Shown: piece by piece, positions 14,702 to 28,930 of the stretch
Position numbering within the stretch: position 1 is the stretch's first letter
Layout: each line of letters starts with the position of its first letter
NCBI RefSeq assembly: GCF_016026235.1
Contig: NZ_CP065613.1
DNA: 64,000 bases
From: Escherichia coli
GTDB lineage: Bacteria > Pseudomonadota > Gammaproteobacteria > Enterobacterales > Enterobacteriaceae
Direction: 5' to 3' (one strand)
Notes under the pieces: generated by a model
What the model saw: the letters and a program-made list of their open reading frames with translations, nothing else
Databases searched by the model: none
What the model was told of the DNA's origin: nothing
Position numbers and translations under genes: made by a program

Positions 14702-15823
14702 TTACCCTTCGAAGAACCAATACCCGCTATTGACCAGCGCCGCGAGCATCGCGAGGAATGACGGATCTTCCAGCGCATCGCCAAAATTCTCCGCAGTCAG
14801 CGCAATGTTGCTGGCGAGTGCATCCAGTGCCGGACGGTGCGGGGAATCGATCTTCTCACCATTGGCATACACGTCGTCGCCAATGCGCAATACGCGCAGA
14901 CCACCCAGGCGCACCAGCACATCACCTTGTTTCAGCGCATCGTAGATCTCATCTGGCTGATAAGGCGGCTCTGGCGGCGCGATATCCAGTTCATGACGTG
15001 ACTGGGATATAAACTCGCCAAACCATTGCTTAAAGTGTTCCGGCTGGTTGATCAATTCGAGCATCATCTCACGCAGTTTATCCATCTCTTGCGGCAGAAC
15101 ATCCGCAGGATGAGCGCGAGGTGGAACATCAGGATCGCTGTAGTAGTTGCCGCCCAGTTCACGTTGCAGCACATAATCGGCAAATCCACTAATCAGTTCC
15201 CGCGTATTTGGCGCGCGAAAACCCACGGAATAGTTCATCGCATTTTCCAGCGCGTAGCCTTCATGCGGGAATCCTGGCGGAATATAAAGAATATCACCAG
15301 GCTCCAGCTCTTCATCGATGATGGCTTCGAACGGATCGACCTGTAACAGATCCGGATGTGGGCAGTGCTGTTTCATTTGCAGCTTTTCGCCCACTCGCCA
15401 GCGACGACGTCCGGTACCCTGAATGATAAACACGTCGTACTGATCGAGATGCGGGCCGACGCCGCCGCCAGGTACAGAAAAAGAGATCATCAGATCATCA
15501 ATACGCCAGTCCGGTAGTTCACGGAACGGTCGCATCAGCGCGGCGGTCGGCTCATGCCAGTGGTTCACTGCTTGCACTAACAATGACCAGTTAGTTTCAC
15601 CGAGATGATCGTAGCTTTCGAACGGACCGTGGCTGACCTGCCATTTTCCATCCTGGTGACTGACCAGTCGACTGTCGACTTCGCTTTCCATCGCCAGACC
15701 CGCCAACTCGTCTGGAGAGATCGGGTCAATAAAATTATTAAAGCCGCGTTTTAACACCACCGGGCGTTTCTGCCAGTGACGTTCAAGAAAATCGGGCCAG
15801 TTAAGAGTGAGTTGGTATTCCAT
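14702..15823 (-). CDS. roxA: ribosomal protein uL16 arginine hydroxylase RoxA (YcfD), JmjC/cupin 2-oxoglutarate oxygenase
   Basis: ATG at 15823 (MEYQLTLNWPDFLERHW), 373 aa. Confidence 0.88.
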   Translation of the reverse strand: MEYQLTLNWPDFLERHWQKRPVVLKRGFNNFIDPISPDELAGLAMESEVDSRLVSHQDGKWQVSHGPFESYDHLGETNWSLLVQAVNHWHEPTAALMRPFRELPDWRIDDLMISFSVPGGGVGPHLDQYDVFIIQGTGRRRWRVGEKLQMKQHCPHPDLLQVDPFEAIIDEELEPGDILYIPPGFPHEGYALENAMNYSVGFRAPNTRELISGFADYVLQRELGGNYYSDPDVPPRAHPADVLPQEMDKLREMMLELINQPEHFKQWFGEFISQSRHELDIAPPEPPYQPDEIYDALKQGDVLVRLGGLRVLRIGDDVYANGEKIDSPHRPALDALASNIALTAENFGDALEDPSFLAMLAALVNSGYWFFEG

Positions 15824-15898
15824 GTTAAGCATCCACAGGCTGGTATCTGCAACCGATTATAACGGATGCTTAACGTAATGCGTGAAGTATGGACATAT

Positions 15899-17359
15899 TT
15901 ATTCATCTTTCGGCGTAGAATGCTGGCGACCAAAAATCACCTCCATCCGCGCACCGCCAAGCATGCTCTCTCCGGCGACGATTTTACCCTCATATTGCTC
16001 GGTGATTTCGCGGGCTACCGCCAGCCCTACACCTTGCCCAGGGCGTAAAGTATCAACCCGTTGACCACGGTCGAAAATGACCTCTCGCTTGCTTAATGGA
16101 ATACCGGGTCCATCATCCTCGACCACAATATAGAGATGCTCGTCGGTTTGCCTTGCAGAAATTTCGACAAACTCGAGGCAATATTTACAGGCATTATCCA
16201 GCACATTGCCCATCACCTCGACAAAATCGTTCTGCTCACCGACAAAGCTGATCTCTGGCGAAATATCGAGAGAGATATTGACCCCTTTGCGTTGATACAC
16301 TTTGTTCAGCGCCGAGGTGAGATTGTCCAGCAGTGGGGCGACCGGATGCAGCTCGCGGCTGAGCAATGTCCCGCCGCGCATACTGGCACGATGCAGGTAG
16401 TAGCCAATTTGCTGTGAAATGCGGCTGATTTGCTCCAGCATTACCGGTTCAGCATCACTGACGCTCATCTTTTCACTACGCAGAGAACGCAGCGTACTTT
16501 GCAGCACCGCCAGTGGCGTTTTCAGACTATGGGTCAGGTCGGTGAGCGTTGTACGATATTTGTCGTAACGTTCGCGTTCACTTTTTAACAATCGGTTCAG
16601 GTTTCGTACCAGACTGGTCAGTTCTCGCGTTGTGGCTGGATTGAGCAATTCGCGGTTATGTTCTTCCAGTTCGCGGACTTCTTTTGCCAGAGCTTCGATG
16701 GGGCGTAAACTCCACCAGGCGGCGACCCACAGCAGCGGGATCACTAACAGCAGATTGGCTGAGAGCACATAGATAAACCAGCTCCAGACCATATAGGAAC
16801 TTTTTAGCTCCACCGGAATGGTATCCACCACCACAATGGTTAACTTTGGCATCCGCGATGTTGCCGGGTAGACGTTTACCGCCACCGAGTGGGTCATCTC
16901 CGCGTCGTCATCATCTTCCCGCACTTCCTGCAACTGTTGCTGTATCGAATGATCTCCACTCAGCAAGAGGCTGGTATCGTTAACATCCGCTTCAATTTCA
17001 TGAAAACCATTCGATTTCAGCCAGTCAGGCTGGATCATCTTCATCAGCCAGGGCACGTCACGTTGCGCCCATAAAAGCTGCCCGTTCTCATCATAAATTA
17101 GCGTCATGGTGGGGCTTTGCTTGTCGATATTTTCGGGTAACTCGACATGCAACTTATTGTTTTCCCACTTCGCAAGGGTATAGAACAGATTGCTCTCGCC
17201 ACGTAACAGCCGAAACGTAGTTTTATCGAAACTGACGCTATAACCGATCAGCGCGACCATTCCGTAGGCAAGCGAAAGCACCAGTACTACCGCTGCCGTT
17301 GCCAACAGAAAACGTACCCGCAGCGAGAGCGGGAAAAAAAGACGCAGTAATTTTTTCAT
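15899..17359 (-). CDS. phoQ: sensor histidine kinase PhoQ
   Basis: 486 aa, [33 protein letters not shown], acidic periplasmic patch EDDDDAE, HisKA/HATPase motifs; ATGA overlap with phoP. Confidence 0.95.
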   Translation of the reverse strand: MKKLLRLFFPLSLRVRFLLATAAVVLVLSLAYGMVALIGYSVSFDKTTFRLLRGESNLFYTLAKWENNKLHVELPENIDKQSPTMTLIYDENGQLLWAQRDVPWLMKMIQPDWLKSNGFHEIEADVNDTSLLLSGDHSIQQQLQEVREDDDDAEMTHSVAVNVYPATSRMPKLTIVVVDTIPVELKSSYMVWSWFIYVLSANLLLVIPLLWVAAWWSLRPIEALAKEVRELEEHNRELLNPATTRELTSLVRNLNRLLKSERERYDKYRTTLTDLTHSLKTPLAVLQSTLRSLRSEKMSVSDAEPVMLEQISRISQQIGYYLHRASMRGGTLLSRELHPVAPLLDNLTSALNKVYQRKGVNISLDISPEISFVGEQNDFVEVMGNVLDNACKYCLEFVEISARQTDEHLYIVVEDDGPGIPLSKREVIFDRGQRVDTLRPGQGVGLAVAREITEQYEGKIVAGESMLGGARMEVIFGRQHSTPKDE

Positions 17360-18030
17360 CAGCGCAATTCGAACAGATAGCCCTGGCCGCGAACGGTGGT
17401 AATCACTTCTTGGGGATATTGTGCCTGAATTTTTTTGCGCAGACGTCCCATCAGTACATCAATGGTATGGCTTTCCCGCAGCTCCGCATCCGGATAGAGT
17501 TGGAGCATTAACGAATCTTTGCTGACCACTTTGCCATTATTGCGTATCAACGTTTCCATAATGGTGTATTCGAACGCGGTCAGTTTGATCACTTCGTCAT
17601 TAATAGATAATTCACGGCGAGAGAGATCAACCTGAAACGGGGGTAGCGAAATGACCTGTGAAGCCAGACCGCTATTACGCCGCATTAATGCCTGCATTCG
17701 CGCCATCACCTCTTCAATATGAAATGGTTTAGTCACGTAATCATCAGCACCAGCACTTAATACTTCGACTTTGTCCTGCCAGCTTTCACGGGCGGTTAAT
17801 ACCAGAATCGGCAGTGAAACATCATTGCTACGCCAGCGGCGAATCAGTGACAGACCGTCCTCGTCTGGCAATCCGAGATCGACAATCGCAATATCCGGTA
17901 AATGTTCATTGAGATAATAATCGGCTTCTTTGGCATCTTCTGCATCATCGACCTGATGACCAGCATCCTGAATCTGAACTTTAAGGTGGTGACGTAACAA
18001 CGCATTGTCTTCAACAACCAGTACGCGCAT
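17359..18030 (-). CDS. phoP: response regulator PhoP
   Basis: 223 aa [40 protein letters not shown]; OmpR-family receiver plus winged helix. Confidence 0.95.
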   Translation of the reverse strand: MRVLVVEDNALLRHHLKVQIQDAGHQVDDAEDAKEADYYLNEHLPDIAIVDLGLPDEDGLSLIRRWRSNDVSLPILVLTARESWQDKVEVLSAGADDYVTKPFHIEEVMARMQALMRRNSGLASQVISLPPFQVDLSRRELSINDEVIKLTAFEYTIMETLIRNNGKVVSKDSLMLQLYPDAELRESHTIDVLMGRLRKKIQAQYPQEVITTVRGQGYLFELR

Positions 18031-18090
18031 TTTTATTTCTCCCTGTCTTAATTATTAAAATAGTGTAACGCGATTATGTGGTTATGGGGG

Positions 18091-18107
18091 TAAACATTAA
18101 ATAAACC
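18091..18107 (-). promoter_or_regulatory. PhoP box (direct repeat GGTTTA-N5-TGTTTA) in phoPQ promoter
   Basis: Reverse complement of 18091..18107 reads GGTTTATTTAATGTTTA, about 60-75 nt upstream of the phoP start; matches the known autoregulated phoP promoter architecture. Confidence 0.75.
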
Positions 18108-18197
18108 AGCGGGGAGGGGAGGTAAAGTGAAAAAATAAAAAGCGGATAATCTTAATAAGCAGGCCGGACAGCATCGCCATCCGGCACTGATACGAGT

Positions 18198-19571
<1,374 letters not shown>

Positions 19572-20213
19572 TCACAACTCCGGGGTTAAATGAGCAAGAA
19601 TTTGTTTTGCCTGAGTGGTCAGGCGATTACGAGAAAACATCAATTGCAGACGTCCGCCGCCGACCTGGTGCCAGAGCACGGCGGCGCGAATGCCTGCCAG
19701 CAGGGTTGCGCGAACTTTCGCCTGCACTTGTGGGCTTTGCAGTACAGCAGGGGAACCGGTGACCTGAATGCGCGGGCCAAGCGGGCTAATCACATCAACA
19801 TAGATAGCAGCCATCGCGCTCATCAGCGTTTCGGACTGTAAATCGAAGTGTTCGAGCTGGCGTTGCAGGCCGTTGATCCGGTTGCCCAGAGTGTCGAGCG
19901 CACCTTTCGCTGAGGAGAGTTTGCGCTCAAGCACCATCAGACTGAGTGTGTAGCGGGTTAATTCGGCGTTTAAGCCCTGGCGACTGCTGGCATTGAGCAC
20001 GCCGAGCAGGGTTTCCAGCCCGACGCGCAGGTTGGCTTCGCTACCGCCAAAAACCGCCAGCGTCGAGCTGGGGTTCATATCAATAATACTGTTGAGTGAG
20101 ACGTGTAGCGCATCGGCATCACAATGCCCCTGGTGAGCGAGTTGTTGCACCAGGCGTGCCGACTGACAAATACCGGCCAGGGCGAGGGTGATGTCATAGT
20201 AATTCTTTGCCAC
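19572..20213 (-). CDS. hflD: high-frequency-lysogenization protein HflD
   Basis: Track ORF begins at a GTG (20219); K-12-like start [10 protein letters not shown] is a GTG at 20213; 213 aa. Confidence 0.85.
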   Translation of the reverse strand: MAKNYYDITLALAGICQSARLVQQLAHQGHCDADALHVSLNSIIDMNPSSTLAVFGGSEANLRVGLETLLGVLNASSRQGLNAELTRYTLSLMVLERKLSSAKGALDTLGNRINGLQRQLEHFDLQSETLMSAMAAIYVDVISPLGPRIQVTGSPAVLQSPQVQAKVRATLLAGIRAAVLWHQVGGGRLQLMFSRNRLTTQAKQILAHLTPEL

Positions 20214-20248
20214 GTTCACTGCTTCCTTGTTTTAAGTAAAGATAATAA

Positions 20249-21870
<1,622 letters not shown>

Positions 21871-21879
21871 TTTGCATCC

Positions 21880-22533
21880 TTAATCTGTCACTTCTCGCCA
21901 TTCGCCATTAGCAAGATTATCCAAAGAGTAATCACCCATCGCATAGCGAATCAGTCGCAGCGTGGGGAAACCAACATGGGCGGTCATGCGGCGCACCTGG
22001 CGATTACGTCCTTCATATAAGGTGATCTTCAGCCAGCTGGTGGGAATACTTTTGCGTTCACGAATTGGTGGATTCCGCGGCCATAACCACGCAGGTTCGT
22101 CAACCAGCTCCGCGCCGGCGGGCAGGGTAGGGCCATCATTTAAGGTTACGCCATTGCGCAAGGCTTCAAGTGCGTCTTGTGTGGGAATACCTTCCACCTG
22201 CACATAATAGATTTTTCCGGTGCGTTTACCCGGCTGGGTTAAACGCGCCTGCAACGCGCCGTTATTGGTCAGCACCAGTAACCCTTCGCTATCGCGGTCA
22301 AGACGACCTGCTGCATAAACGCCCTGAACCGGGATGAATTCTTTTAATGTTTTGCGTCCGGCTTCATCGGTGAACTGCGGAAGAACATCGTAGGGTTTAT
22401 TGAACAGGATCACACGCGTGGGCTGGTTTTCAGGTTTACGCCTGGTAGAACGTTGCGAGCTGAATCGCTTAACCTGGTGATTTCTAAAAGAAGTTTTTTG
22501 CATGGTATTTTCAGAGATTATGAATTGCCGCAT
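21880..22533 (-). CDS. rluE: 23S rRNA pseudouridine synthase RluE
   Basis: 217 aa, RsuA/RluE-family motif [17 protein letters not shown]. Confidence 0.9.
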
Positions 22534-22705
22534 TATAGCCTAATAACGCGCATCTTTCATGACGGCAAACAATAGGGTAGTATTGACAAGCCAATTACAA
22601 ATCATTAACAAAAAAATTGCTCTAAAGCATCCGTATCGCAGGACGCAAACGCATATGCAACGTGGTGGCAGACGAGCAAACCAGTAGCGCTCGAAGGAGA
22701 GGTGA

Positions 22706-23956
22706 ATGGAAAGTAAAGTAGTTGTTCCGGCACAAGGCAAGAAGATCACCCTGCAAAACGGCAAACTCAACGTTCCTGAAAATCCGATTATCCCTTACAT
22801 TGAAGGTGATGGAATCGGTGTAGATGTAACCCCAGCCATGCTGAAAGTGGTCGATGCTGCAGTCGAGAAAGCCTATAAAGGTGAGCGTAAAATCTCCTGG
22901 ATGGAAATTTACACCGGTGAAAAATCCACACAGGTTTATGGTCAGGACGTCTGGTTGCCTGCTGAAACTCTTGATCTGATTCGTGAATATCGCGTTGCTA
23001 TTAAAGGCCCGCTGACCACTCCGGTTGGTGGCGGTATTCGTTCTCTCAACGTTGCCCTGCGCCAGGAACTGGATCTCTACATCTGCCTGCGTCCGGTACG
23101 TTACTATCAGGGCACCCCAAGCCCGGTTAAACACCCTGAACTGACCGATATGGTTATCTTCCGTGAAAACTCGGAAGACATTTATGCAGGTATCGAATGG
23201 AAAGCTGACTCTGCCGACGCTGAGAAAGTGATTAAATTCCTGCGTGAAGAGATGGGCGTGAAGAAAATTCGCTTCCCGGAACATTGTGGTATCGGTATTA
23301 AGCCGTGTTCAGAAGAAGGCACTAAACGTCTGGTTCGTGCAGCGATCGAATACGCAATTGCTAACGATCGTGACTCTGTGACTCTGGTACACAAAGGCAA
23401 TATCATGAAGTTCACCGAAGGCGCGTTTAAAGACTGGGGCTACCAGCTTGCGCGTGAAGAGTTTGGCGGTGAACCGATCGACGGTGGCCCGTGGCTGAAA
23501 GTCAAAAACCCGAACACCGGCAAAGAGATCGTCATTAAAGACGTGATCGCTGATGCGTTCCTGCAACAGATCCTGCTGCGTCCGGCTGAATATGATGTTA
23601 TCGCCTGTATGAACCTGAACGGTGACTACATTTCTGACGCCCTGGCAGCGCAGGTTGGCGGTATCGGTATCGCCCCTGGCGCAAACATCGGTGACGAATG
23701 CGCCCTGTTTGAAGCTACCCACGGTACTGCGCCGAAATATGCCGGTCAGGACAAAGTTAACCCAGGTTCTATTATTCTCTCTGCTGAGATGATGTTACGC
23801 CACATGGGTTGGACCGAAGCCGCAGACCTGATTGTTAAAGGTATGGAAGGCGCAATCAATGCGAAGACCGTAACCTATGACTTCGAACGTCTGATGGAAG
23901 GCGCTAAACTGCTGAAATGTTCAGAGTTTGGTGATGCGATCATCAAAAATATGTAA
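22706..23956 (+). CDS. icd: NADP-dependent isocitrate dehydrogenase
   Basis: 416 aa [41 protein letters not shown]-terminus ends [21 protein letters not shown] (the non-e14 form, see findings). Confidence 0.95.
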   Translation: MESKVVVPAQGKKITLQNGKLNVPENPIIPYIEGDGIGVDVTPAMLKVVDAAVEKAYKGERKISWMEIYTGEKSTQVYGQDVWLPAETLDLIREYRVAIKGPLTTPVGGGIRSLNVALRQELDLYICLRPVRYYQGTPSPVKHPELTDMVIFRENSEDIYAGIEWKADSADAEKVIKFLREEMGVKKIRFPEHCGIGIKPCSEEGTKRLVRAAIEYAIANDRDSVTLVHKGNIMKFTEGAFKDWGYQLAREEFGGEPIDGGPWLKVKNPNTGKEIVIKDVIADAFLQQILLRPAEYDVIACMNLNGDYISDALAAQVGGIGIAPGANIGDECALFEATHGTAPKYAGQDKVNPGSIILSAEMMLRHMGWTEAADLIVKGMEGAINAKTVTYDFERLMEGAKLLKCSEFGDAIIKNM

Positions 23957-23977
23957 ACACTACATGTGTTAAATATT

Positions 23978-24008
23978 TAAACGGGCGTATAACACGCCCG
24001 TTGTTTTA
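23978..24008. terminator. rho-independent terminator shared by icd (+) and the iraM remnant (-)
   Basis: Hairpin AAACGGGCGTATAACACGCCCGTT followed by TGTTTTATTT. Confidence 0.75.
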
Positions 24009-24309
24009 TTTATGTGGATATTATTAATAGCATATCGAGCATATTTATATAAAACCCATTACTTGAGCCCATATGGGCATATTTTTATAATACAACTCTT
24101 ATGCAAACATTTATTTGTTATTTCGCTTTCTCCTGGAGGACACTCTTGACTGCTTTTGAGTAAACTCCATAAATTCTTGTTGAATGGTGCAATGTTATAA
24201 ATAGTTATAGGATATTCTTTATCCTTAAGGATAATACCAGGCTTAACCAGTGTAGGTAATGCTGCCAACTTACTGATTTAGTGTATGATGGTGATTTTAA
24301 GGTGCTTGC

Positions 24310-24585
24310 GTGGCTTCCATTTCCATCAGATGTCCTTCCTGCTCCGCTACTGAAGGCGTGGTGCGTAACGGCAAAAGCACTGCCGGACATCAGCGCTATC
24401 TCTGCTCTCATTGCCGTAAAACATGGCAACTACAGTTCACTTACACCGCCTCTCAGCCCGGTACGCACCAGAAAATCATTGATATGGCCATGAATGGCGT
24501 CGGATGTCGCGCCAGTGCACGCATTATGGGCGTTGGCCTCAACACGGTTTTACGTCACTTAAAAAACTCAGGCCGCAGTCGGTAA
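24310..24585 (+). CDS. insA: IS1 InsA (transposition inhibitor / N-terminal part of InsAB' transposase)
   Basis: 91 aa [39 protein letters not shown] (GTG start), zinc-finger motif; about 90 percent identical to the canonical InsA as I recall it. Confidence 0.9.
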   Translation: MASISIRCPSCSATEGVVRNGKSTAGHQRYLCSHCRKTWQLQFTYTASQPGTHQKIIDMAMNGVGCRASARIMGVGLNTVLRHLKNSGRSR

Positions 24586-25007
24586 CCTCGCGCATACAAC
24601 CGGGCAGTGATGTGATTGTCTGCGCTGAAATGGACGAACAGTGGGGCTACGTCGGTGCTAAATCACGTCAGCGCTGGCTGTTTTACGCGTATGACAGGAT
24701 ACGGAGGACGGTTGTGGCGCACGTCTTCGGTGAACGCACTCTGGCCACACTGGAGCGTCTTCTGAGCCTGCTGTCGGCCTTTGAGGTCGTGGTATGGATG
24801 ACGGATGGCTGGCCGCTGTATGAATCACGCCTGAAGGGAAAGCTGCACGTTATCAGCAAGCGTTACACTCAGCGCATTGAGCGACATAATCTGAATCTGA
24901 GACAACATCTGGCAAGGCTGGGACGGAAGTCACTGTCGTTCTCAAAATCGGTGGAGCTGCATGACAAGGTCATCGGGCATTATCTGAACATAAAACACTA
25001 TCAGTAA
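24504..25007 (+). CDS. insB: IS1 InsB (expressed as InsAB' fusion via -1 frameshift at the A6C motif 24561..24567)
   Basis: 167-aa ORF in the -1 frame overlapping insA; slippery TTAAAAAACTC present. Confidence 0.88.
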   Translation: MSRQCTHYGRWPQHGFTSLKKLRPQSVTSRIQPGSDVIVCAEMDEQWGYVGAKSRQRWLFYAYDRIRRTVVAHVFGERTLATLERLLSLLSAFEVVVWMTDGWPLYESRLKGKLHVISKRYTQRIERHNLNLRQHLARLGRKSLSFSKSVELHDKVIGHYLNIKHYQ

Positions 25008-25615
25008 GTTGGAGTCATTACCACCAGTGTAAATATACTTCCAGGAGGAAGAAATATAGTAGATTGATACCAGATAATCATTTTCATATCACCCCATATG
25101 GCTGAAAAAGATATGCCGCATGTAGGTTGAATTACCGTGTCAATTACTACCCACTTCATTTGTTATGTCTTATCCCACGGTATTTAATATAGTTCATTTG
25201 GATGTTCATTTCTTTATTTTGCATATGAGTATATTACCCCTTCAAAAAATAAATTAATTAAAACGATTGCTTATATAAAACAAAATTTAAAGCAAGGAAT
25301 CTCAATGGATGTTAAACAAAATGAGATTTAGTGAAAACAATAAATTATTCACTTCGTTTTAGATTTGTTTAGCTATAATGTTATACATTCAAATGACTGA
25401 CCATCCTGTAATTAAAACATAGCCTTTATGCTACTTTGTGCCAATTTGCTAAACATTATGGTTGCCTTTTTATATAACGATAATAATGAATATAAGCATG
25501 ACATGAGAATAAGGTTTCAATTTTTGAGTTATATAGGAAAGGTTTAACCTGTTCCTGGCTAAAATACATATAACTGGATGATGACTAAACCAAAACACAT
25601 GTGCGTTAAGTATTG

Positions 25616-25645
25616 AAACGGGCGTATGGCACGCCCGTTGTTTTT
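25616..25645. repeat. second copy of the icd-terminator-like hairpin (direct repeat of 23978..24008)
   Basis: AAACGGGCGTATGGCACGCCCGTTGTTTTTAT, preceded by ACACATGTGCGTTAAGTATTG, similar to the sequence following the icd stop; no plus-strand gene upstream to terminate. Confidence 0.6.
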
Positions 25646-25854
25646 ATAAATATATTAAACGTTATGAAATAACGTATAGAAAGTCAAGTGATCACATTTC
25701 AAATATCAATTTGATAGTATTGGCCTGGTGATTATTTATGGGTAGCAATAAAAGGACAGTATTTATCATCCATAGGGATAGTCTCTGTACTTTTATTCCC
25801 ATTATGCTAATGCCTTACTGAATTATGAAGCATTTCTTAAGCATCCAACTTTAG

Positions 25855-26259
25855 CTAGATTAATGGTTTATTATTTTCTACATCTTCAATATATAAAAGC
25901 GTATTATCAATGGCGTAGTAACTGCGTTTGTTATGATTAACATCAGTAACCCAACGGAAAACGCCCGCGTCTGCCAGTGTTGAACAGTATTCCCGAAATG
26001 TAGATTTTCCGCAAATATGAAGCAATGCGGCCTCTTTTATTTTAGCAGGGTTCTTGGTCGTACTAACTTTTAACAGGTTCCTGGTTCCTCTTAATAACAA
26101 AACCGTGTCATCGTGAGTAATAATTCTGATGTTATCCGTAGCCAGATAATAAATGTAATGTGCAATACGGTGATGTTTTAATTCTGAATAAAACCAGGAG
26201 AAGTTTTGCTCTTTTCTCACTTGCTCAAACATCTTTTGAAAAACAACGACCTGATCCAT
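25855..26259 (-). CDS. ycgX: DUF1398-family protein YcgX
   Basis: 134-aa ORF, ATG at 26259; position upstream of bluR as in K-12. Confidence 0.8.
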   Translation of the reverse strand: MDQVVVFQKMFEQVRKEQNFSWFYSELKHHRIAHYIYYLATDNIRIITHDDTVLLLRGTRNLLKVSTTKNPAKIKEAALLHICGKSTFREYCSTLADAGVFRWVTDVNHNKRSYYAIDNTLLYIEDVENNKPLI

Positions 26260-26479
26260 CAGGATAATAACCTCTTGTTAGTTGTGAGACTGCGTAGTGT
26301 GCACGATCGGTTTTACCACTTCAATCTGGTCTGTTCTTTGGCTGTGATATGTACAGAGTGTGATAGAGGGATTACCTGAATTCTCCCGGTGAGCATTTTG
26401 CAACGGACCAGCTCCGGTACAAATGCTGTTGTGGGTTCAGATTATAACATTCTGTCTAAGGGGCAGGATAAAGGTGAAA

Positions 26480-27211
26480 TTAGGGGGCATGAAAGATGAC
26501 TTTATAACCTTGCTCACCCCAGTGTTGTAAAAGTTCATTTTGCCTTCTCGTTGGTGCCATGCCTGTCCAGACAATCAATGTTTGCGTCGGGAACAGTTCT
26601 GGGCGCGGTGATTCAATGGGATCAGCAAGAACAGAAATGTGCCATCCTGACAATGATAAACGCCATGCTTCCAGCCACAATCGTGCTCTCTCTTCAACAT
26701 TCCATGCCATCAGAATGGCTTCTTTACCGGGCTTACGGCGCATTTCGAAAAGCGAGGCTGCTGCGTATTCAATTAGTGCGCCGTCAAACATACTGCTCAT
26801 AATGCGGGAGGTGTTGTGATCAAGCACGAGACGCTGGCGAACAGGAAGGTAAACATGATTAATCAATTGATCTACTGGGTACTCTCGACCCAGTGAAATA
26901 ATTCTCGCGCGTAGTTTGGCAGGATTAGCCATACGAAGAATTGACATCATCTCTTCTTGCAGGCGGCTCCAGTCATCTTCCGTATCCTGGCTGGTGGTTT
27001 CCAGTAATGCTTTAACTTTGCCTACAGGGACGCCATTACTTATCCAACGCTTGATCTCTTCGATGCGTTGTATGTCTTCTTCATCAAAGAGTCGGTGTCC
27101 GCCTTCACTGCGCTGTGGTTTTAACAAACCGTAGCGGCGTTGCCAGGCCCGGAGAGTGACAGGATTAATCCCGCAACGTTCAGCAACATCACCAATGCTG
27201 TAATAAGCCAC
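26480..27211 (-). CDS. bluR: MerR-family transcriptional repressor BluR (YcgE)
   Basis: 243 aa, N-terminal Mer[37 protein letters not shown] start at 27211. Confidence 0.9.
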   Translation of the reverse strand: MAYYSIGDVAERCGINPVTLRAWQRRYGLLKPQRSEGGHRLFDEEDIQRIEEIKRWISNGVPVGKVKALLETTSQDTEDDWSRLQEEMMSILRMANPAKLRARIISLGREYPVDQLINHVYLPVRQRLVLDHNTSRIMSSMFDGALIEYAAASLFEMRRKPGKEAILMAWNVEERARLWLEAWRLSLSGWHISVLADPIESPRPELFPTQTLIVWTGMAPTRRQNELLQHWGEQGYKVIFHAP

Positions 27212-27405
27212 AATTCCTCCTTGCGGTCATAAATCTCCGTCGCCTGTACACGACCCAATAATACTTTGTACAATATACGCTAAAATTGTACAAAGTATAA
27301 ATAAGATTTCAGCTAAATTGGATGAAACATTATTTTTAATGTGGATTAAATTAAAGCATAACGTATTCATTTTCACGATGATTTACTGAAATCATGTGCT
27401 GAAAA

Positions 27406-28617
27406 TTATTTTTTTTCTGGCCACGCAACTGAAGGGATACCATTCAATTTAGCTTTAGCAAACAGATCCCCCTGAAACATCTCAATTCCTGCGGATTCAA
27501 GCCACATCCACTCTTCTGGTGTTGCCACGCCCATAGCAGAGACTTGAATTTCAAGTGATGTACAGCATTTTATGATCGCCTGAATAATTGCCTGCCGTGG
27601 TCCGCTTTTATGAACATTGGTAATCAATTCCTGACTGATTTTAATTCTGTCAGGCTGGAAGCGTGACAGGAGTAACAAACCAGCAAAACCTGCGCCAAAA
27701 TGATCAATTGCTACACTGATACCGGCAGCCTTTAGCGATTTAACCGCTTCGGCAAACTCATCAAACCGAGATATGACTTCACTTTCAGTAAATTCAACGA
27801 TGATTTGTTCAGGCACCAGAGCATTGGCCTTTATTTCATCAAGTAAAAAAGAGACTGCGTCAGGCTCGTTAACCAGGGTCATAGGTAATAGATTGATTGA
27901 AATCATTTTATCACCGAGCTCAAGTGCGTGTGCCATCGCGAATGCAAGCGCCTTACTTTTAAGATCCGCTGTGTAGATTTCCCCGTCTTTACGCTGCCCA
28001 ACCGCTATAGCTGACGGGCTGTCTTCATTTTTTTGCACAATGGCTTCAAAAGCGATTATCCGCCGCGATAAGGGATCAACAATAGGATGAAAGGCAAAGT
28101 GGTCGTTTATAGTTGGTGAAAGGGTACAGGAATCAAGTTCTTTATCAGATCTGTCAGCGATAAAAAGCCAGGAGTCTTCAGCAGGAATCTCGAAATAGGT
28201 TGATTGTTCGGTTGCAAGGACAAAAGTACGAAAAAATTGTAGCGCTCTGTCATCATAAGTTAGCTGAAATTTTGATGTGCCTTTGTCGAATACGGCCTGT
28301 AAAACGTCATCTCGCTCGTGTAGGCGTAAATCAAATAATTCCATTCCCGCTTTGCCAAAACGGCGAGCAGGCGCGTAATCGCACAGCAGCTCAACAATAT
28401 TATAGTGCCGTGGATCCTGGCATATAGCCCGATATATCATTTTAACCTGTTCTTCCGGACCTTCCAGAAGCTGGAAAAAATGAGAACCATTAAACAGTAA
28501 GATCCCTGTTACGTCAGACTGCATGTTCCTGCGATTTGCAATCGAAACCATTTCTTCGATTTTTTTGACAGGTTCGTCGTCACGTATATGGCTACGATAA
28601 ATAAGGGTGGTAAGCAT
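27406..28617 (-). CDS. bluF: blue-light sensor BluF (YcgF), BLUF domain plus degenerate EAL domain
   Basis: Track ORF trimmed to ATG at 28617 (MLTTLIYRSHIRDDEPV...), 403 aa; BLUF motif ILLFNGSHFFQLLEGPEE. Confidence 0.9.
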   Translation of the reverse strand: MLTTLIYRSHIRDDEPVKKIEEMVSIANRRNMQSDVTGILLFNGSHFFQLLEGPEEQVKMIYRAICQDPRHYNIVELLCDYAPARRFGKAGMELFDLRLHERDDVLQAVFDKGTSKFQLTYDDRALQFFRTFVLATEQSTYFEIPAEDSWLFIADRSDKELDSCTLSPTINDHFAFHPIVDPLSRRIIAFEAIVQKNEDSPSAIAVGQRKDGEIYTADLKSKALAFAMAHALELGDKMISINLLPMTLVNEPDAVSFLLDEIKANALVPEQIIVEFTESEVISRFDEFAEAVKSLKAAGISVAIDHFGAGFAGLLLLSRFQPDRIKISQELITNVHKSGPRQAIIQAIIKCCTSLEIQVSAMGVATPEEWMWLESAGIEMFQGDLFAKAKLNGIPSVAWPEKK

Positions 28618-28930
28618 TAACTGTCCAGGGTAATGGGAGTGGCGAGAGTAAGACGGTAACAGACATATCTTCCGGTGTCTTTCTTTTAATACCAAAACAT
28701 AACTGTTTCTTTGCATTGATAGAAAATGGAAAAAGTTGAACACGAGTTGGCGAAAAATCTTGTATAGTTTGTCAGTTAAATGATGCAATATGTTTTATCA
28801 TAACGTATTGTTTTATATGTATTAGCACTAATTGCAAAAAATTAATTTATCATTCTGTACACATATTTCGTACAAGTTTGCTATTGTTACCTCACTTAAC
28901 ATTGATTAACATTTTTAACAGAGGCGTAGC

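Larger units (their letters stand above)
24255..25022 (+). mobile_element. IS1 insertion sequence (768 bp, divergent variant) with 9-bp target site duplication ACCAGTGTA
   Basis: Terminal inverted repeats GGTAATGCTGCCAACTTACTGATTTAGTGTATGATGGTG ... complementary end at 25022; flanking direct repeats ACCAGTGTA at 24246..24254 and 25023..25031; encodes insA and insB. Confidence 0.9.
24059..25159 (-). pseudogene. iraM: anti-adaptor protein IraM (RpoS stabiliser) disrupted by IS1 insertion
   Basis: Reverse complement of 25159..25023 reads [46 protein letters not shown] (IraM N-terminus); 24254..24059 continues ...KPGIILKDKEYPITIYNIAPFNK...KICPYGLK*; the two pieces minus one TSD copy sum to 324 nt (107 aa). 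Confidence 0.8.

Noticed and set aside
24059-24268. Track ORF of 69 aa beginning MAALPTLVKPG on the minus strand
   Set aside because: Its start codon lies inside the IS1 terminal repeat; the ORF is a chimera of the IS1 end and the iraM C-terminal fragment, not an independent gene. Annotated as the disrupted iraM instead.
25160-25600. PhoP box upstream of the iraM fragment
   Set aside because: Only isolated TGTTTA-like half sites were found (for example near 25370 and 25450), not a convincing direct repeat with 5-nt spacing; not reported as a feature.
25616-25645. Hairpin at 25616..25645 as a functional terminator for ycgX
   Set aside because: Its T-run is on the plus strand while ycgX is on the minus strand ~215 nt away; it is better explained as a duplicated copy of the icd terminator region.
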